The notes under the pieces: generated by a model
Told to the model about the DNA's origin: nothing
What the model saw: only the letters and a program-made list of their open reading frames with translations
Database searches by the model: none
Position numbers and translations under genes: made by a program
Shown: piece by piece, positions 37,815 to 47,971 of the stretch
How positions within the stretch are numbered: the first letter of the stretch is position 1
Layout: each line of letters begins with the position of its first letter
Source: Myxococcota bacterium
GTDB lineage: Bacteria > Myxococcota_A > UBA9160 > JAFDDA01
Length of the DNA stretch: 64,000 nucleotides
Assembly (NCBI GenBank): GCA_965228475.1
Contig: OZ245817.1
Coordinates: 4,544,001 to 4,608,000 of the forward strand
Reading direction: 5' to 3'

Positions 37815-39515
37815 GTGGGGTCCGCAGGCCCGGAAGCGGCGAACGACCTCCCGCCCTACGAAGCGGAGCGCTTCCGCGAGGCACCGTTCCCCGAACGCGT
37901 GCGGCTCGTGTGCCGCACCTGGGCCTCCCAGATCGAAGCGACGCCCTTCGCGGTGATCGTCTCCTACTGGCTGAAGTACCTGATCTTCTTCGTCGGGGGC
38001 TGGGCGTTCTTCGTCGCCTGGCCGGCGGGCGCCGAGTTCGGCTGGAAGAGCGCGTTCTCGCCGCTCGGCTTCCAGAAGTTCCTGCTCTGGGCGGTCCTCT
38101 ACGAAAGCATCGGCCTCGGGTGCTCCATGGGCCCGATGAACGGCAGGATCTGGCCGCCCATCGGCGGCGTGCTCTACTTCCTCCGCCCGGGAACGACGAA
38201 GCTCGCGCTCTTCCCGAAGCTCCCGCTGCTCGGCGGCATCCGCCGCGGCTGGCTCGACGTCGCCCTGTTCGCGGCCTTCGTGGGCTTCCTGTTGCGCGCC
38301 CTCGTCGCGCCGGAGCTCTCTGCCGCGGACTACTGGCCGATCATCGGCCTGCTCGTCGTCTTCGCCGTCACGGACAAGACGATCTTCCTGGCCGCACGCT
38401 CGGAGCACTACTGGGTGGCCATGGTCTGCATCGCCGCCGTGAGCACCCAGGAGCAGTGGCTCGCGGCCTGCCAGGTGGTCTGGTGCGGCATCTGGTTCTG
38501 GGCCGCCACCTCGAAGGTCAACGACCACTTCCCCTCCGTCATCCAGGTGATGATGAACAACGGGCCCTTCGTCCCGAAGTGGTTCAAGCGGCGGCTCTTC
38601 GTCGACTACCCGGACGACCTGCGGCCCTCGCGGCTCGCCGCGGTGATGTCGCGCATCGGGACCCTGACCGAGTACTCGATCCCGTTCGTCCTGCTGCTCT
38701 CGGGCGAGAGCGCCCTCATGACGGGGATCATGCTCTTCGTGATGACCGGCTTCCACGGCTACATCGCGTCGAACAACCCGAGCGGTATGCCGATCGAGTG
38801 GAACATCTTCATGGTCTACGGCGGGATCTTCCTGTTCGGCTTCCACCCGGACGCGAGCATGGCGTCGCTGCTGGCGCTGCCGTGGCTCTGCGTCTTCCTC
38901 TTCTTCTGGGTCTTCGCGATCCAGTGCTTCGGGAACTTCTTCCCGCGGCGGGTCTCGTTCCTGCTGGCCATGCGCTACTACGCGGGCAACTGGGCCTACA
39001 ACATCTGGCTCGTCCGCCGCGATGCCCTCGGCAAGCTCGACCGCCTCACCAAGGCCGCCGGCACGATGCGCCAGCAGCTCGAGCGCGTCCTGCCGGACGA
39101 GGACGCCGTCGAACAGGCTCTCGCGATGTCGATGGCCCACCGCTTCATGCACCTCGAGGGCCGGCCGATGTTCGAAGCGCTGCCCCACGCCGCGCGCGAC
39201 CTCTCCGAGTACGAGTGGATCGACGGCGAGGTGATGGGCGGCCAGGTGATCGGCTGGAACTTCGGCGACGGCCACCTGAACGGCCAGCAGCTGCTCGACG
39301 CCGTGCAGGCCCAGTGCGGCTTCGAGCCCGGTGAAGTGCGCGTGGTGATGGTGGAGTCGCAGCCGCTCTTCGGCCGCTTCATGGAGTGGCGCGTGGCGGA
39401 CGCGGCGAGCGGCGAGGTCGCGCGCGGCAGGACGGCAATTGCACCGATGCGCGAGCTCCAGCCCTGGCCGAGCGGCGCCTACGCCGAGGCCTTCGCCTCG
39501 CCCTCGGCCGACTGA
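37815..39515 (+). CDS. DUF3556-like transmembrane protein
   Basis: KTIFLAARSEHY, WAATSK.NDHFP, P.EWN, MRYYAGNWA, GWNFGDGHL, VESQP resemble the actinobacterial DUF3556 family (from memory). Confidence 0.75.
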   Translation: MGSAGPEAANDLPPYEAERFREAPFPERVRLVCRTWASQIEATPFAVIVSYWLKYLIFFVGGWAFFVAWPAGAEFGWKSAFSPLGFQKFLLWAVLYESIGLGCSMGPMNGRIWPPIGGVLYFLRPGTTKLALFPKLPLLGGIRRGWLDVALFAAFVGFLLRALVAPELSAADYWPIIGLLVVFAVTDKTIFLAARSEHYWVAMVCIAAVSTQEQWLAACQVVWCGIWFWAATSKVNDHFPSVIQVMMNNGPFVPKWFKRRLFVDYPDDLRPSRLAAVMSRIGTLTEYSIPFVLLLSGESALMTGIMLFVMTGFHGYIASNNPSGMPIEWNIFMVYGGIFLFGFHPDASMASLLALPWLCVFLFFWVFAIQCFGNFFPRRVSFLLAMRYYAGNWAYNIWLVRRDALGKLDRLTKAAGTMRQQLERVLPDEDAVEQALAMSMAHRFMHLEGRPMFEALPHAARDLSEYEWIDGEVMGGQVIGWNFGDGHLNGQQLLDAVQAQCGFEPGEVRVVMVESQPLFGRFMEWRVADAASGEVARGRTAIAPMRELQPWPSGAYAEAFASPSAD

Positions 39516-40450
39516 GACTCGGCGACCACCGCCTGCCAGCGGAACGGCGCGAGCAGGTTCCCCCAGAGCCCCTTCGGGAACTCCGGCAGGTCCTCGATGC
39601 CGATCGCCTCGGGCGGCTCGCGGTCCGCGGGCAGGAAGCGCGTTCCGAAGACGACGTCCCACACGGCCAGGTTCCCGCCGTAGTTGTGGTTCGCCTCCTC
39701 CATCCGGGGCGAGTGATGCCAGCGGTGGAGCTCGGTCATGCTGAAGATCCAGTTCAGCGGGCCCAGGCGGACCGGGACGTTCGCGTGCTGGTAGCTGCCG
39801 TGGATCCCCGAGAAGAGGTTCACCAGCGCCAGCACCGGAGCGCCGGCGCCGAGCAGCGCCAGCGGAACCATCTTCACGCTGCCGACGAGGAAGAGATCGA
39901 TCGGGTGGAAGCGCACGGCGTTCAGCCAGTAGAGCCGCGGCGCGCTGTGGTGGGTCGCGTGGAAGCGCCAGAGCCAGGGCACCTCGTGCATCGCGCGGTG
40001 GAACGAGTACTCGACGAACTCGGCGATCACGAGCGCGAGCGCGAGCTGCGCGAGGATCGGCCAGCCCCCGGGCCAGAGGCCCATGCCGGCGCTCTCGGCG
40101 AGCGCCGCGCCGAGCGCCGTCACCGCCACGAGCAGGGCCGGCGTCAGCACGCCGCCGAAGAGGCTGTTCGCCACGAACAGGCCGACGTCCGTTCGCAGAT
40201 CGCCGCGGGAGTGCAGCCAGCTCCGATGCCAGGGAACGAGCCGCTCGGCGACGGCCAGGCAGAAATAGAACACCACCAGGGGAGGCACGATCGCGAGCGG
40301 CGGATCGACCCCCGCATCGATCAAGGCGATCCCGCCCGCCAGCCCCGCGGCCATGGCGACCGGGAAGCCGAGCATCGCGAAGACCCGTTCGAGCCCCCGG
40401 AGTTCCCGGCGGCCGGACGGCGACCCGGCGAGCCCAGGCCCCGCCGTCAT
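39479..40450 (-). CDS. Sterol desaturase/fatty acid hydroxylase family protein
   Basis: His boxes HRAMH, HATHHS, HRWHHS; NYG...WDVVFGT. Confidence 0.92.
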   Translation of the reverse strand: MTAGPGLAGSPSGRRELRGLERVFAMLGFPVAMAAGLAGGIALIDAGVDPPLAIVPPLVVFYFCLAVAERLVPWHRSWLHSRGDLRTDVGLFVANSLFGGVLTPALLVAVTALGAALAESAGMGLWPGGWPILAQLALALVIAEFVEYSFHRAMHEVPWLWRFHATHHSAPRLYWLNAVRFHPIDLFLVGSVKMVPLALLGAGAPVLALVNLFSGIHGSYQHANVPVRLGPLNWIFSMTELHRWHHSPRMEEANHNYGGNLAVWDVVFGTRFLPADREPPEAIGIEDLPEFPKGLWGNLLAPFRWQAVVAESQSAEGEAKASA

Positions 40451-41079
40451 CAGGCGGCCGGAACCTGGACTTCGAGCGACACCGCGCTCTCGACGCTCGG
40501 CGGGTTGCTGCCGACGCGCCCGCGGTGCCAGGCGCCGCGGTCGTAGTGGAGTTCGAGCGTGTCGCCGAGCTCGAGGGCGTCGCCCTCCTCGGAGGTGCCC
40601 GTGAGCTTCTCCGCGATCGCTCGCGCGACGCCGCGGTGGACCACGACGAGCACCGAGCCCGAGAGTTCGGCCATCAGGCGGTCGACGCCCTCACCGACCC
40701 GTGCCCGGAAGGCCGCCCGGGTCTCGCCGTTCGGGAACTCGAAGCCCGCGGCGCCGTTCTGCCAATCCTCGTAGAGCACGGGGTCCGAGGCCTGGATCTC
40801 CTCGCGGGTCAGGCCCTCCCAGCGGCCGAAGTCGATCTCGCGGAAGGCCGCCTCGAGGCGGACGGGCTCGCCGCGGCCCACGATCTTCGCCGCCTGCCAG
40901 GCGCGGCGCATGGAGCTCGCGACCACGGCGTCGAAGTTGTCCTGGGTGCCGAAGGAGGCGGCGACGGCCCGCATCTGGGCCTCCCCCTCCGCGGAGAGCC
41001 CGACGTCCGTGGCGCCGTGGTAGCGGATGCTGGACTGGCCTTCGGTTTCACCGTGGCGGACGAGGACGATGCGACGCAT
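40450..41079 (-). CDS. Histidine phosphatase (phosphoglycerate mutase/CobC-like)
   Basis: LVRHGET, EIDFGRWEG, VVVHRG. Confidence 0.9.
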   Translation of the reverse strand: MRRIVLVRHGETEGQSSIRYHGATDVGLSAEGEAQMRAVAASFGTQDNFDAVVASSMRRAWQAAKIVGRGEPVRLEAAFREIDFGRWEGLTREEIQASDPVLYEDWQNGAAGFEFPNGETRAAFRARVGEGVDRLMAELSGSVLVVVHRGVARAIAEKLTGTSEEGDALELGDTLELHYDRGAWHRGRVGSNPPSVESAVSLEVQVPAA

Positions 41080-41241
41080 GGGGTCTCCAGAACGGGGGTT
41101 GGGGCAGCGCAAGACCGCGCGGCCGGGTCTCAATGGGTTGGGCGGGAGAATCGGCGACGCCACCAGGGCCGTCAACCGGGAAGCCACGCCGGCGGCACGG
41201 AGGAGATGCTGCCCGATCGAGATCGTCCGAGGCCATCCCAC

Positions 41242-41250
41242 TGCTAGAAT
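41242..41250 (+). promoter_or_regulatory. Extended -10 promoter for the M23-sfsA-mutY-smr operon
   Basis: TG-C-TAGAAT about 20 nt upstream of the GTG start, which has a GGAGG SD. Confidence 0.45.
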
Positions 41251-41271
41251 CCGGGCCCGGGGGGAGGGTCC

Positions 41272-42612
41272 GTGACCGCAGCCGCGCGTCTGCTCATCGT
41301 TCTAGGAGTTCTCGTCGTCTGCGCCGGCGGCCTGTCGCTGCTGCGCTGCGAGGGCACGCCGCCCGAGGTCGACGTCGCCGGCCCGCTGCACGTCGGCAAG
41401 GCCTCGCGCGAGGTCGCCTTCACCGCCCGGGACGAAGGCTCGGGCCTGCGCCGGCTCGAGGTCGTGCTCGAGACCGCCGAGGGCGCGCGCCCCCTGCTCG
41501 AAACCGAAGCGCGCGGCGGCTTCCTGCTCGGCACCGCCAAGGACGACCCGGGCCAGTTCACGGTCCTGGTCTCCGGCCAGGGTCTGCGCGACGGCGACGG
41601 CACGCTCGTGGTCCGCGCCACGGACTGGTCCTGGGCGGGCCTGTTCGCCGGCAACACCACGGAGACCCGCGTCCCCGTCTTCATCGACACCCGCGCACCG
41701 CGCATCCGCGTCGAGAGCGGGCTGACCTACATCCAACGCGCCGGAAGCGCGGCCGTCACCTACGCCCTCGACGAAGAAGCCGAGCGCGATGGCGTGACCG
41801 TCGGCGAACATTTCTTCCAGGGCTTCCCGATCGACGACCTGGGCGAGCGGCGGATCGCCATCTTCGCCGTGCCGCGGAACTTCGAAGGAACGCCCCGCAT
41901 CCGCGTGACGGCGACGGACCGCGCCGGCAACGTCTCCGAGCGGAGCTGGGCGACGGAGTTCAAGGACCGGAGCTTCGAAGAAGTCCCGATCCGCCTGCCC
42001 GAGCGCTTCTTCGAGCAGAAGGTTCCGGACCTCGCCAGCGCCCTCGGCATCGACGCGAGCGACACCACGAGCGCCTTCAAGGAGATCAACGAGCGCATCC
42101 GCGCCGAGAACGAGGCGCGCATCTCGCAGGTCACGACAGTCACCTCGGAGCCGCGCCACTTCACCGGCGGCTTCGCGCAGATGAAGAACTCGAAGGTGAC
42201 GAGCCGCTTCGCCGAGCAGAGAAGCTACCGCTGGCAGGGGCAGGAGGTCTCGCGCGCCGTCCACTACGGCTACGACCTCGCGAGCACGCGCAACGCGCCG
42301 GTCGCCGCGACCAACGCCGGGCGGGTGCTGTTCGCGGAGGAACTCGGCATCTACGGCGAGTGCGTGATCGTCGACCACGGGCTCGGCGTGACCTCGCTCT
42401 ACGGCCATCTGGCACGCATCGACGTCTCGGTCGGCGACGTCGTCGAGAAGGGCCAGACCCTCGGCCTCTCGGGCGCGACGGGCATGGCCGGCGGGGACCA
42501 CCTCCACTTCGCGATCCTCGTCGGCGGCGTCTACGTGGACCCGCTCGAGTGGTGGGACGCGAGCTGGGTCCGCAAGCGGGTCGAGTCGCGAATCCTCGGA
42601 ACCGAGCCTTGA
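41272..42612 (+). CDS. M23 family metallopeptidase, membrane-anchored
   Basis: HYGYDLA, GIYG..VIVDHG, LYGHL, GDHLHF, VDPLEW. Confidence 0.93.
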   Translation: MTAAARLLIVLGVLVVCAGGLSLLRCEGTPPEVDVAGPLHVGKASREVAFTARDEGSGLRRLEVVLETAEGARPLLETEARGGFLLGTAKDDPGQFTVLVSGQGLRDGDGTLVVRATDWSWAGLFAGNTTETRVPVFIDTRAPRIRVESGLTYIQRAGSAAVTYALDEEAERDGVTVGEHFFQGFPIDDLGERRIAIFAVPRNFEGTPRIRVTATDRAGNVSERSWATEFKDRSFEEVPIRLPERFFEQKVPDLASALGIDASDTTSAFKEINERIRAENEARISQVTTVTSEPRHFTGGFAQMKNSKVTSRFAEQRSYRWQGQEVSRAVHYGYDLASTRNAPVAATNAGRVLFAEELGIYGECVIVDHGLGVTSLYGHLARIDVSVGDVVEKGQTLGLSGATGMAGGDHLHFAILVGGVYVDPLEWWDASWVRKRVESRILGTEP

Positions 42613-43337
42613 GCCCGGAGCCGGCCAGCGCCGTCGTGCGGCTCCCGCTGGCCGCGACCCTCTCCGGCCGCCTGCTCCAACGCTACAAGCGCTTCTTCGC
42701 CGATGTCGAACTCGACGACGGCAGGAAGATCACCGCCCACTGCCCGAACCCGGGCAGCATGCTCGGCTGCAACACGCCGGGCTCGGCGGTGCGCTGCTCG
42801 ACCAGCGACAATCCGAAGCGGAAGCTCCCGCACACGCTCGAGATGATCCGGGTCGGGCGTGCCTGGGTCGGGTTGCACGCGAATCTCGCCAACGCCTTCG
42901 CCGCGCGCGTGCTCGAAGCCGGCGCGATCCCGGAGCTCTCGGGGTACGGACAGATCCGCCGCGAGGTGAAGGCCGGGGAGGGTTCCCGGCTCGACTTCCA
43001 CCTCTCGGAGGGTTCGCGCGAGCCCGCGTGGGTCGAGGTGAAGAGCGTGACCCTCGCCGAAGGCCGGGTCGCACGCTTCCCGGATTCGGTCTCCGACCGG
43101 GGGCGCCGCCACGCGGAGACGCTCGCACGCCTCCGCACCGAGGGCAGCCGCGCCGTCCAGCTCTACGTCGTGCAGCGGAGCGATTGCGAGCGCGTCGAGC
43201 CGGCCGACGACATCGACCCGAAGTACGGCGAAGCCCTGCGCGCCGCGGCGCGCGAGGGCGTCGAGGTGCTGGCGGTGCGCGCCCGCGTCGGACCCCGCGG
43301 CATCGTCTACGACGGCCCGCTCCCCGTGGTGCTGTGA
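42609..43337 (+). CDS. sfsA: Sugar fermentation stimulation protein SfsA (nuclease fold)
   Basis: RYKRFFADV, AHCPNPGSM, SRLDF, VEVKSVTL, FPDSVSDRGRRH, IDPKY; start TTG 42609 or GTG 42636. Confidence 0.93.
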   Translation: MSPEPASAVVRLPLAATLSGRLLQRYKRFFADVELDDGRKITAHCPNPGSMLGCNTPGSAVRCSTSDNPKRKLPHTLEMIRVGRAWVGLHANLANAFAARVLEAGAIPELSGYGQIRREVKAGEGSRLDFHLSEGSREPAWVEVKSVTLAEGRVARFPDSVSDRGRRHAETLARLRTEGSRAVQLYVVQRSDCERVEPADDIDPKYGEALRAAAREGVEVLAVRARVGPRGIVYDGPLPVVL

Positions 43338-44425
43338 GCGCCGCAGCGACGCAAGCCGCCGCCCCCGAGCGCGGGCGCCTGCGCGGCGCGCTCCTGCGCT
43401 GGTACCGCCGGGAGAAGCGCGACCTTCCCTGGCGTCACACGCGCGACCCGTACCGGATCTGGATCTCCGAAGCGATGCTCCAGCAGACCCGGGTCGAGAC
43501 CGTGATCCCCTACTACCACCGCTTCCTCGAGCGCTTTCCCGACGTGGGCGCACTCGCCTCGGCCGAGCTCGACGACGTGCTCGAGCGCTGGCAGGGCCTC
43601 GGCTACTACTCCCGCGCGCGGAACCTGAAACGCGCCGCCGAGCAGATCGTCGCCGAGTGCGACGGCGTGCTCCCGGGCACGGCGGACGGCCTGCGTGCCC
43701 TGCCCGGAATCGGCCGCTACACGGCGGGGGCCGTCGCTTCGATCGCCTTCGACCGCTGCGAAGCCATCGTCGACGGCAACGTCGCCCGCGTGCTCGCGCG
43801 CATCCACGGCCTGCGCGACGACGTGAAGAGCAAGGACGGCCAGGCTTGGCTCTGGAGAGAGGCCGGGCGCCTCGTACAGGGCCGCGCCCCCGGCGACCTC
43901 AACCAGGCGCTGATGGAGCTCGGCGCGACGGTCTGCACGCCCCGGGCTCCCCGCTGCGGCGAATGCCCGGTGCGGAGGACGTGCACCGCGTTCGCGGAGG
44001 GCGACCCCGAGGCACTCCCCGTGAACGCCAAGAAGACGAAGGTCCGCGACGTTCGGGCGGTGGCCGGCCTCGTCGCGCGCCGCGGCAGGATGCTCGCCGT
44101 CCGTCGCCCGGAAGGCGGCCTCCTCGGAGGACTCTGGGATCTGCCCGGCGACGCGCTCGCCCCGGGCGAAGAGCCGGGCGCCGGTGTCACGCGCGCGCTG
44201 CGCGACCGCGTCGGCCTCGACGTCGCGAAGACCGAACCGCTTGGCACCGTCGAGCACGTCTTCACCCACCGACGGCTGACGCTCCACGTGTTCCGCTGCG
44301 AAGCGGCCCGCGGGCGCGTGAAGCTCGACGGTTTCTCCGCGCACCGCTGGCTGGCGGACGACGCGCTCGGAGCGCTCCCGGTCGGCAACGTCACCCGCAA
44401 GGCGCTGGCCCTGGCCGGGCGATGA
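43334..44425 (+). CDS. mutY: A/G-specific adenine glycosylase MutY
   Basis: RDLPWR, SEAMLQQT, WQGLGYYSRARNL, LPGIGRYTAGA, VDGNVARV, C-x6-C-x2-C-x5-C Fe-S motif. Confidence 0.95.
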   Translation: MSAAATQAAAPERGRLRGALLRWYRREKRDLPWRHTRDPYRIWISEAMLQQTRVETVIPYYHRFLERFPDVGALASAELDDVLERWQGLGYYSRARNLKRAAEQIVAECDGVLPGTADGLRALPGIGRYTAGAVASIAFDRCEAIVDGNVARVLARIHGLRDDVKSKDGQAWLWREAGRLVQGRAPGDLNQALMELGATVCTPRAPRCGECPVRRTCTAFAEGDPEALPVNAKKTKVRDVRAVAGLVARRGRMLAVRRPEGGLLGGLWDLPGDALAPGEEPGAGVTRALRDRVGLDVAKTEPLGTVEHVFTHRRLTLHVFRCEAARGRVKLDGFSAHRWLADDALGALPVGNVTRKALALAGR

Positions 44426-44940
44426 GCAGCGGCGACGACGACCGCTCGGAGTTCGAACGTGCCATGGAGGGCGTGCGCAAGAGCGCACCGGGAAAGCGCC
44501 GGCCCGAACCCGCGCCGGAGCTTCCCGCAGCGCCCGTGCCGGAGGAAGCGCCGGCCTCGTTCCGCATCGAACGCGGAGGCGAGCGTCTCGCGGGCTTCGC
44601 CGACGGCTTCGATCGCCGCCGGCTGAAGGGGCTCGCGAACGGGGAGATCCCGCCGGACCGCCGCATCGATCTCCACGGGCTCGAAGCCGCCGGCGCGGAG
44701 CGTGCCGTGCGGGAAGCGATCGAGGCGCTCCGCGCGAGCGGCGAGCGCTGCCTGCTCGTGATCCACGGCCGCGGCCTGCGCTCCGAGGACGGCCCCGCCT
44801 TGAAACGCGCGCTCCCGGGCTGGCTCGCCGCGCCGCCCCACGGACGCAGCATCCTCGCCTTCACCACCGCGAGCCCCGGACATGGCGGCCCGGGGGCGAG
44901 CTTCGTCCTGCTCCGGGCGTCCCGCGGCCCGAGGCGCTGA
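44422..44940 (+). CDS. Smr/MutS2-C domain endonuclease
   Basis: IDLHG, LVIHGRGLRS, HGGPGA..VLLR. Confidence 0.9.
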   Translation: MSSGDDDRSEFERAMEGVRKSAPGKRRPEPAPELPAAPVPEEAPASFRIERGGERLAGFADGFDRRRLKGLANGEIPPDRRIDLHGLEAAGAERAVREAIEALRASGERCLLVIHGRGLRSEDGPALKRALPGWLAAPPHGRSILAFTTASPGHGGPGASFVLLRASRGPRR

Positions 44941-44985
44941 TCGGCACGCCGACCGCCCGGCCTCCGGAGACGCTACCCTCCCGGC

Positions 44986-46071
44986 GTGTCGAGCACCTTC
45001 GGACAGATCTTTCGCGTGAGCTCCTTCGGCGAGTCCCACGGCGGCGCCGTGGGCGCCGTCGTCGACGGCTGCCCGCCGCGGCTCGCGCTCTCCCTCGAGG
45101 AGATCCAGCGCGACCTCGACCGTCGGCGCCCCGGCCAGAGTCGGCTCACCACCCCGCGTCAGGAAGCCGATCGGGCGGAGATCGTCTCCGGCGTCTTCGA
45201 GGGCCGGACCCTCGGCACGCCGATCGCGGTGATCGTCCGCAACAAGGACGCACGCCCTTCCTCGTACGAGGACATGAAGGACGTCTACCGGCCCTCCCAC
45301 GCGGACTACACCTACGACGCGAAGTACGGCATCCGGAACTGGCAGGGCGGTGGGCGTGCGAGCGCCCGGGAGACGATCGCGCGCGTCGCCGGCGGCGCCA
45401 TCGCGCGCAAGCTCCTCTCGACCGCGGCCGGCATCGAGGTGCTGGCCTGGGTGTCCTCGGTCCACGAGGTCGATGCCAAGGTGGACGCGAGCCGCGTCAC
45501 GCTCGACGAGGTCGAAGCGAACGACGTGCGCTGCCCGGATCCGGACGCCGCGGAGGAGATGATCCAGCGCATCGACGCGGCGCGCGAGCGGGGCGACTCG
45601 CTCGGCGGCGTCGTCACCTGCGTCGCCCGCGCCGTCCCGCCCGGGCTCGGCGCGCCGGCCTTCGACAAGCTCGAAGCGGAGCTCGCCCGCGGCATGCTCT
45701 CGCTCCCCGCTTCGAAGGGGTTCGAGATCGGCAGCGGCTTCGGCGGCACCCGCATGACCGGAATCGAACACAACGACCCCTTCGTCCCCGGCGAAGACGG
45801 GCGGCCGCGCACCTCGGCCAACCGCTCGGGCGGGATCCAGGGCGGCATCAGCAACGGGGAAGACATCGTGCTGCGCGTCGCCTTCAAGCCGACGGCGACG
45901 ATCCGTCAGGCCCAGCAGACCGTGGACGAAGCGGGCAACGCCGTGACCCTCGAAGCCCAGGGCCGCCACGACCCCTGCGTGCTGCCGCGCGCGGTGCCGA
46001 TGGTCGAGGCCATGGCGCTGCTCGTGCTCGCGGACCACTGGCTCCGCCAGCGCACCGTCGACGCGCTCTAG
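44986..46071 (+). CDS. aroC: Chorismate synthase
   Basis: [56 protein letters not shown]. Confidence 0.97.
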   Translation: MSSTFGQIFRVSSFGESHGGAVGAVVDGCPPRLALSLEEIQRDLDRRRPGQSRLTTPRQEADRAEIVSGVFEGRTLGTPIAVIVRNKDARPSSYEDMKDVYRPSHADYTYDAKYGIRNWQGGGRASARETIARVAGGAIARKLLSTAAGIEVLAWVSSVHEVDAKVDASRVTLDEVEANDVRCPDPDAAEEMIQRIDAARERGDSLGGVVTCVARAVPPGLGAPAFDKLEAELARGMLSLPASKGFEIGSGFGGTRMTGIEHNDPFVPGEDGRPRTSANRSGGIQGGISNGEDIVLRVAFKPTATIRQAQQTVDEAGNAVTLEAQGRHDPCVLPRAVPMVEAMALLVLADHWLRQRTVDAL

Positions 46072-46973
46072 CTCGGGGCGCCCGGAGCCGGGCGCGTTCC
46101 GAGGATCGTTCCGACGACGATGATCGCGGCGCCGGCCAGGGCGAGCGTGCCGACCGGCTCGCCGAGCATCTGCCCGAGCGCGAGCCCGCACACCGGCTGA
46201 AGGAAGATGAAGACCGCCATGGTCCCGGCGGTCACGGAGCGCAGCGCCTGGTTCCACGCGAACGTTCCGAGGGCCGTCGCGAGGAAGGCGAGCAGCAGGA
46301 CCCAGCCGGCCGCGGGCAGCGCCGCGTTCCAATCGAAGGGCTCGGCGAGGGCCAGCGGCACGAGCGGGATCGGCGAGAGGATCGTCCCGAGCAGGGTGAG
46401 GCGCCCGGGCTCGTGCCGCTCGAGGAGAGGCTTGGCGGCAAGCGTGTAGATCGCCCAGGAAAGATGGCCGACGGCCATCAGCAGATCGCCGAAGAGGTCG
46501 CCGGCGGCAGGGTCGACGCCGCCCTGTAACACGATCAGCGTGGCGCCGCCGATTCCGAGGATCATCGCGAGCACCCGCGCGCCGTAGAGCCGCTCGCCGA
46601 GGAGAAGGGCGCCCCCGAGCAGGATGCCGATCGGCTCGAGGGGCGAGAGCAGCGCGCCGTTGGTGGCGCTCGACCGCTCGAGCCCGAGAGCGGCGAGGAT
46701 CTGGGGAAGAGCGAAGCCGGCCCAGGCGAGAGTGAGGAGCAGCAGCCACTCCTTGCGGTCGAAACTCCGGGCGGTCGCGCGGAGGCGCGGAACCACCGGG
46801 CCGCTCGTGCGCAGCATCGCGTAGAGGAACGCGGCGCCGAGGAGCTGGCGGACCAGCACGAGCGTCCAGGGCCCGAGCCCTTCGAGGGCGAGCTTCGTCA
46901 GGGCCGGCGCGCTCCCGCCGATGCCCTGGGCGAGCACGATCCAAAAGAGCGTCGCCGCGCCGATCGCCTTCAA
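46068..46973 (-). CDS. DMT/EamA family transporter
   Basis: About 10 TM in two repeats; LLLGERL, FIFLQPV; TTG overlaps the upstream TGA. Confidence 0.88.
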   Translation of the reverse strand: MKAIGAATLFWIVLAQGIGGSAPALTKLALEGLGPWTLVLVRQLLGAAFLYAMLRTSGPVVPRLRATARSFDRKEWLLLLTLAWAGFALPQILAALGLERSSATNGALLSPLEPIGILLGGALLLGERLYGARVLAMILGIGGATLIVLQGGVDPAAGDLFGDLLMAVGHLSWAIYTLAAKPLLERHEPGRLTLLGTILSPIPLVPLALAEPFDWNAALPAAGWVLLLAFLATALGTFAWNQALRSVTAGTMAVFIFLQPVCGLALGQMLGEPVGTLALAGAAIIVVGTILGTRPAPGAPS

Positions 46974-47971
46974 ATGAAGGGCCGCCGGTCGAGCACGAGG
47001 CGGAGCGGCCGTGCGCTGCGCAACGTGCCGGGTGCCGCGCGCTGCAGCTCGGCTAGGGCACAGACGGTGCCGAACAGGCGGTGGAGGTCGTCGAGACCCG
47101 GGTCGGTCTCGGGGTCGAGGGAGAGCAGGAAGCGGGCGTGGGCTTCGGCGAACTCCGCGAGCGCGCGGCGGCCTTCCTCGAAGCGATGACTCGTCTGTCG
47201 CAGGGCGCGCGAGAGGCAGTAGGCCCAATCGACGTCGGCGAACCAGACGAGCTTCGCCAGGGGGAAGACGCCGGCCTCCCGCACGGCGAGGCAGGTATCG
47301 ACGAGGGCCTCCGGGTGCGGCCACGGCCGGCGCGCGTGCTCGAAGTTGAACAGGTAGTGGAAGGTCCCGGCGAGGTGAGGAAAGACGCCGCCGGCGGGCG
47401 ACGGATCCACGCGGCCCGCGCGCAGGAGACCCGTCGCAGGGTCGACCTCGGCGGAGAGCCAGCCGAAGTAGCGGTCGTCGAAGTCCGCGCCGGCTTCGCC
47501 CGCGAGCACCAGCGCGGCATGGGCGCCGGCGCCGCGATGCGCCTCGGTCCAGGGCGCACCCTCCCAATCGAGGCCATCCAGAAACGATTCGATCCCACCG
47601 GGCGCGCGAAGCGGAGCGAGCGCGGCGAGCGGATGCGCGGGAAGCGCGTCGAACAGCTCGAGCGCGCCGAGGCAGTGCGCGGTGGTGTGGATCTCGTGGT
47701 GCGTCGTTTCGCGGAAGAACCCGGTCGCCGGATCCTGGAGGGCGCGGAGTCGCGCCACCCAACTCTCCCGCTCCGGCGCGGGAAAACGGCCGAGCGTGTA
47801 GAGCAGGTTCGCGGCGTCGGCGCAGCCGTAGGGGTTCTCGTCCATCGGGCGCGGCGCGCCCGTCTCGTCCTGCCCGGGGATCGTATAGCGACGGTAGGAA
47901 CCCGACGGCCCGAGCGCGTGGCGCGCGACGATCGCCTCGACGGACGCGAGGAAGGGATCGAGGTCGATCAC
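46970..47971 (-). CDS. Hypothetical soluble protein, possibly alpha/alpha-toroid
   Basis: GTGA coupling within the operon; repeats LQDPATGFF / EVDPATGLL resemble prenyltransferase-type repeats; His-rich HHEIHTTAH. Confidence 0.7.
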   Translation of the reverse strand: MIDLDPFLASVEAIVARHALGPSGSYRRYTIPGQDETGAPRPMDENPYGCADAANLLYTLGRFPAPERESWVARLRALQDPATGFFRETTHHEIHTTAHCLGALELFDALPAHPLAALAPLRAPGGIESFLDGLDWEGAPWTEAHRGAGAHAALVLAGEAGADFDDRYFGWLSAEVDPATGLLRAGRVDPSPAGGVFPHLAGTFHYLFNFEHARRPWPHPEALVDTCLAVREAGVFPLAKLVWFADVDWAYCLSRALRQTSHRFEEGRRALAEFAEAHARFLLSLDPETDPGLDDLHRLFGTVCALAELQRAAPGTLRSARPLRLVLDRRPFI

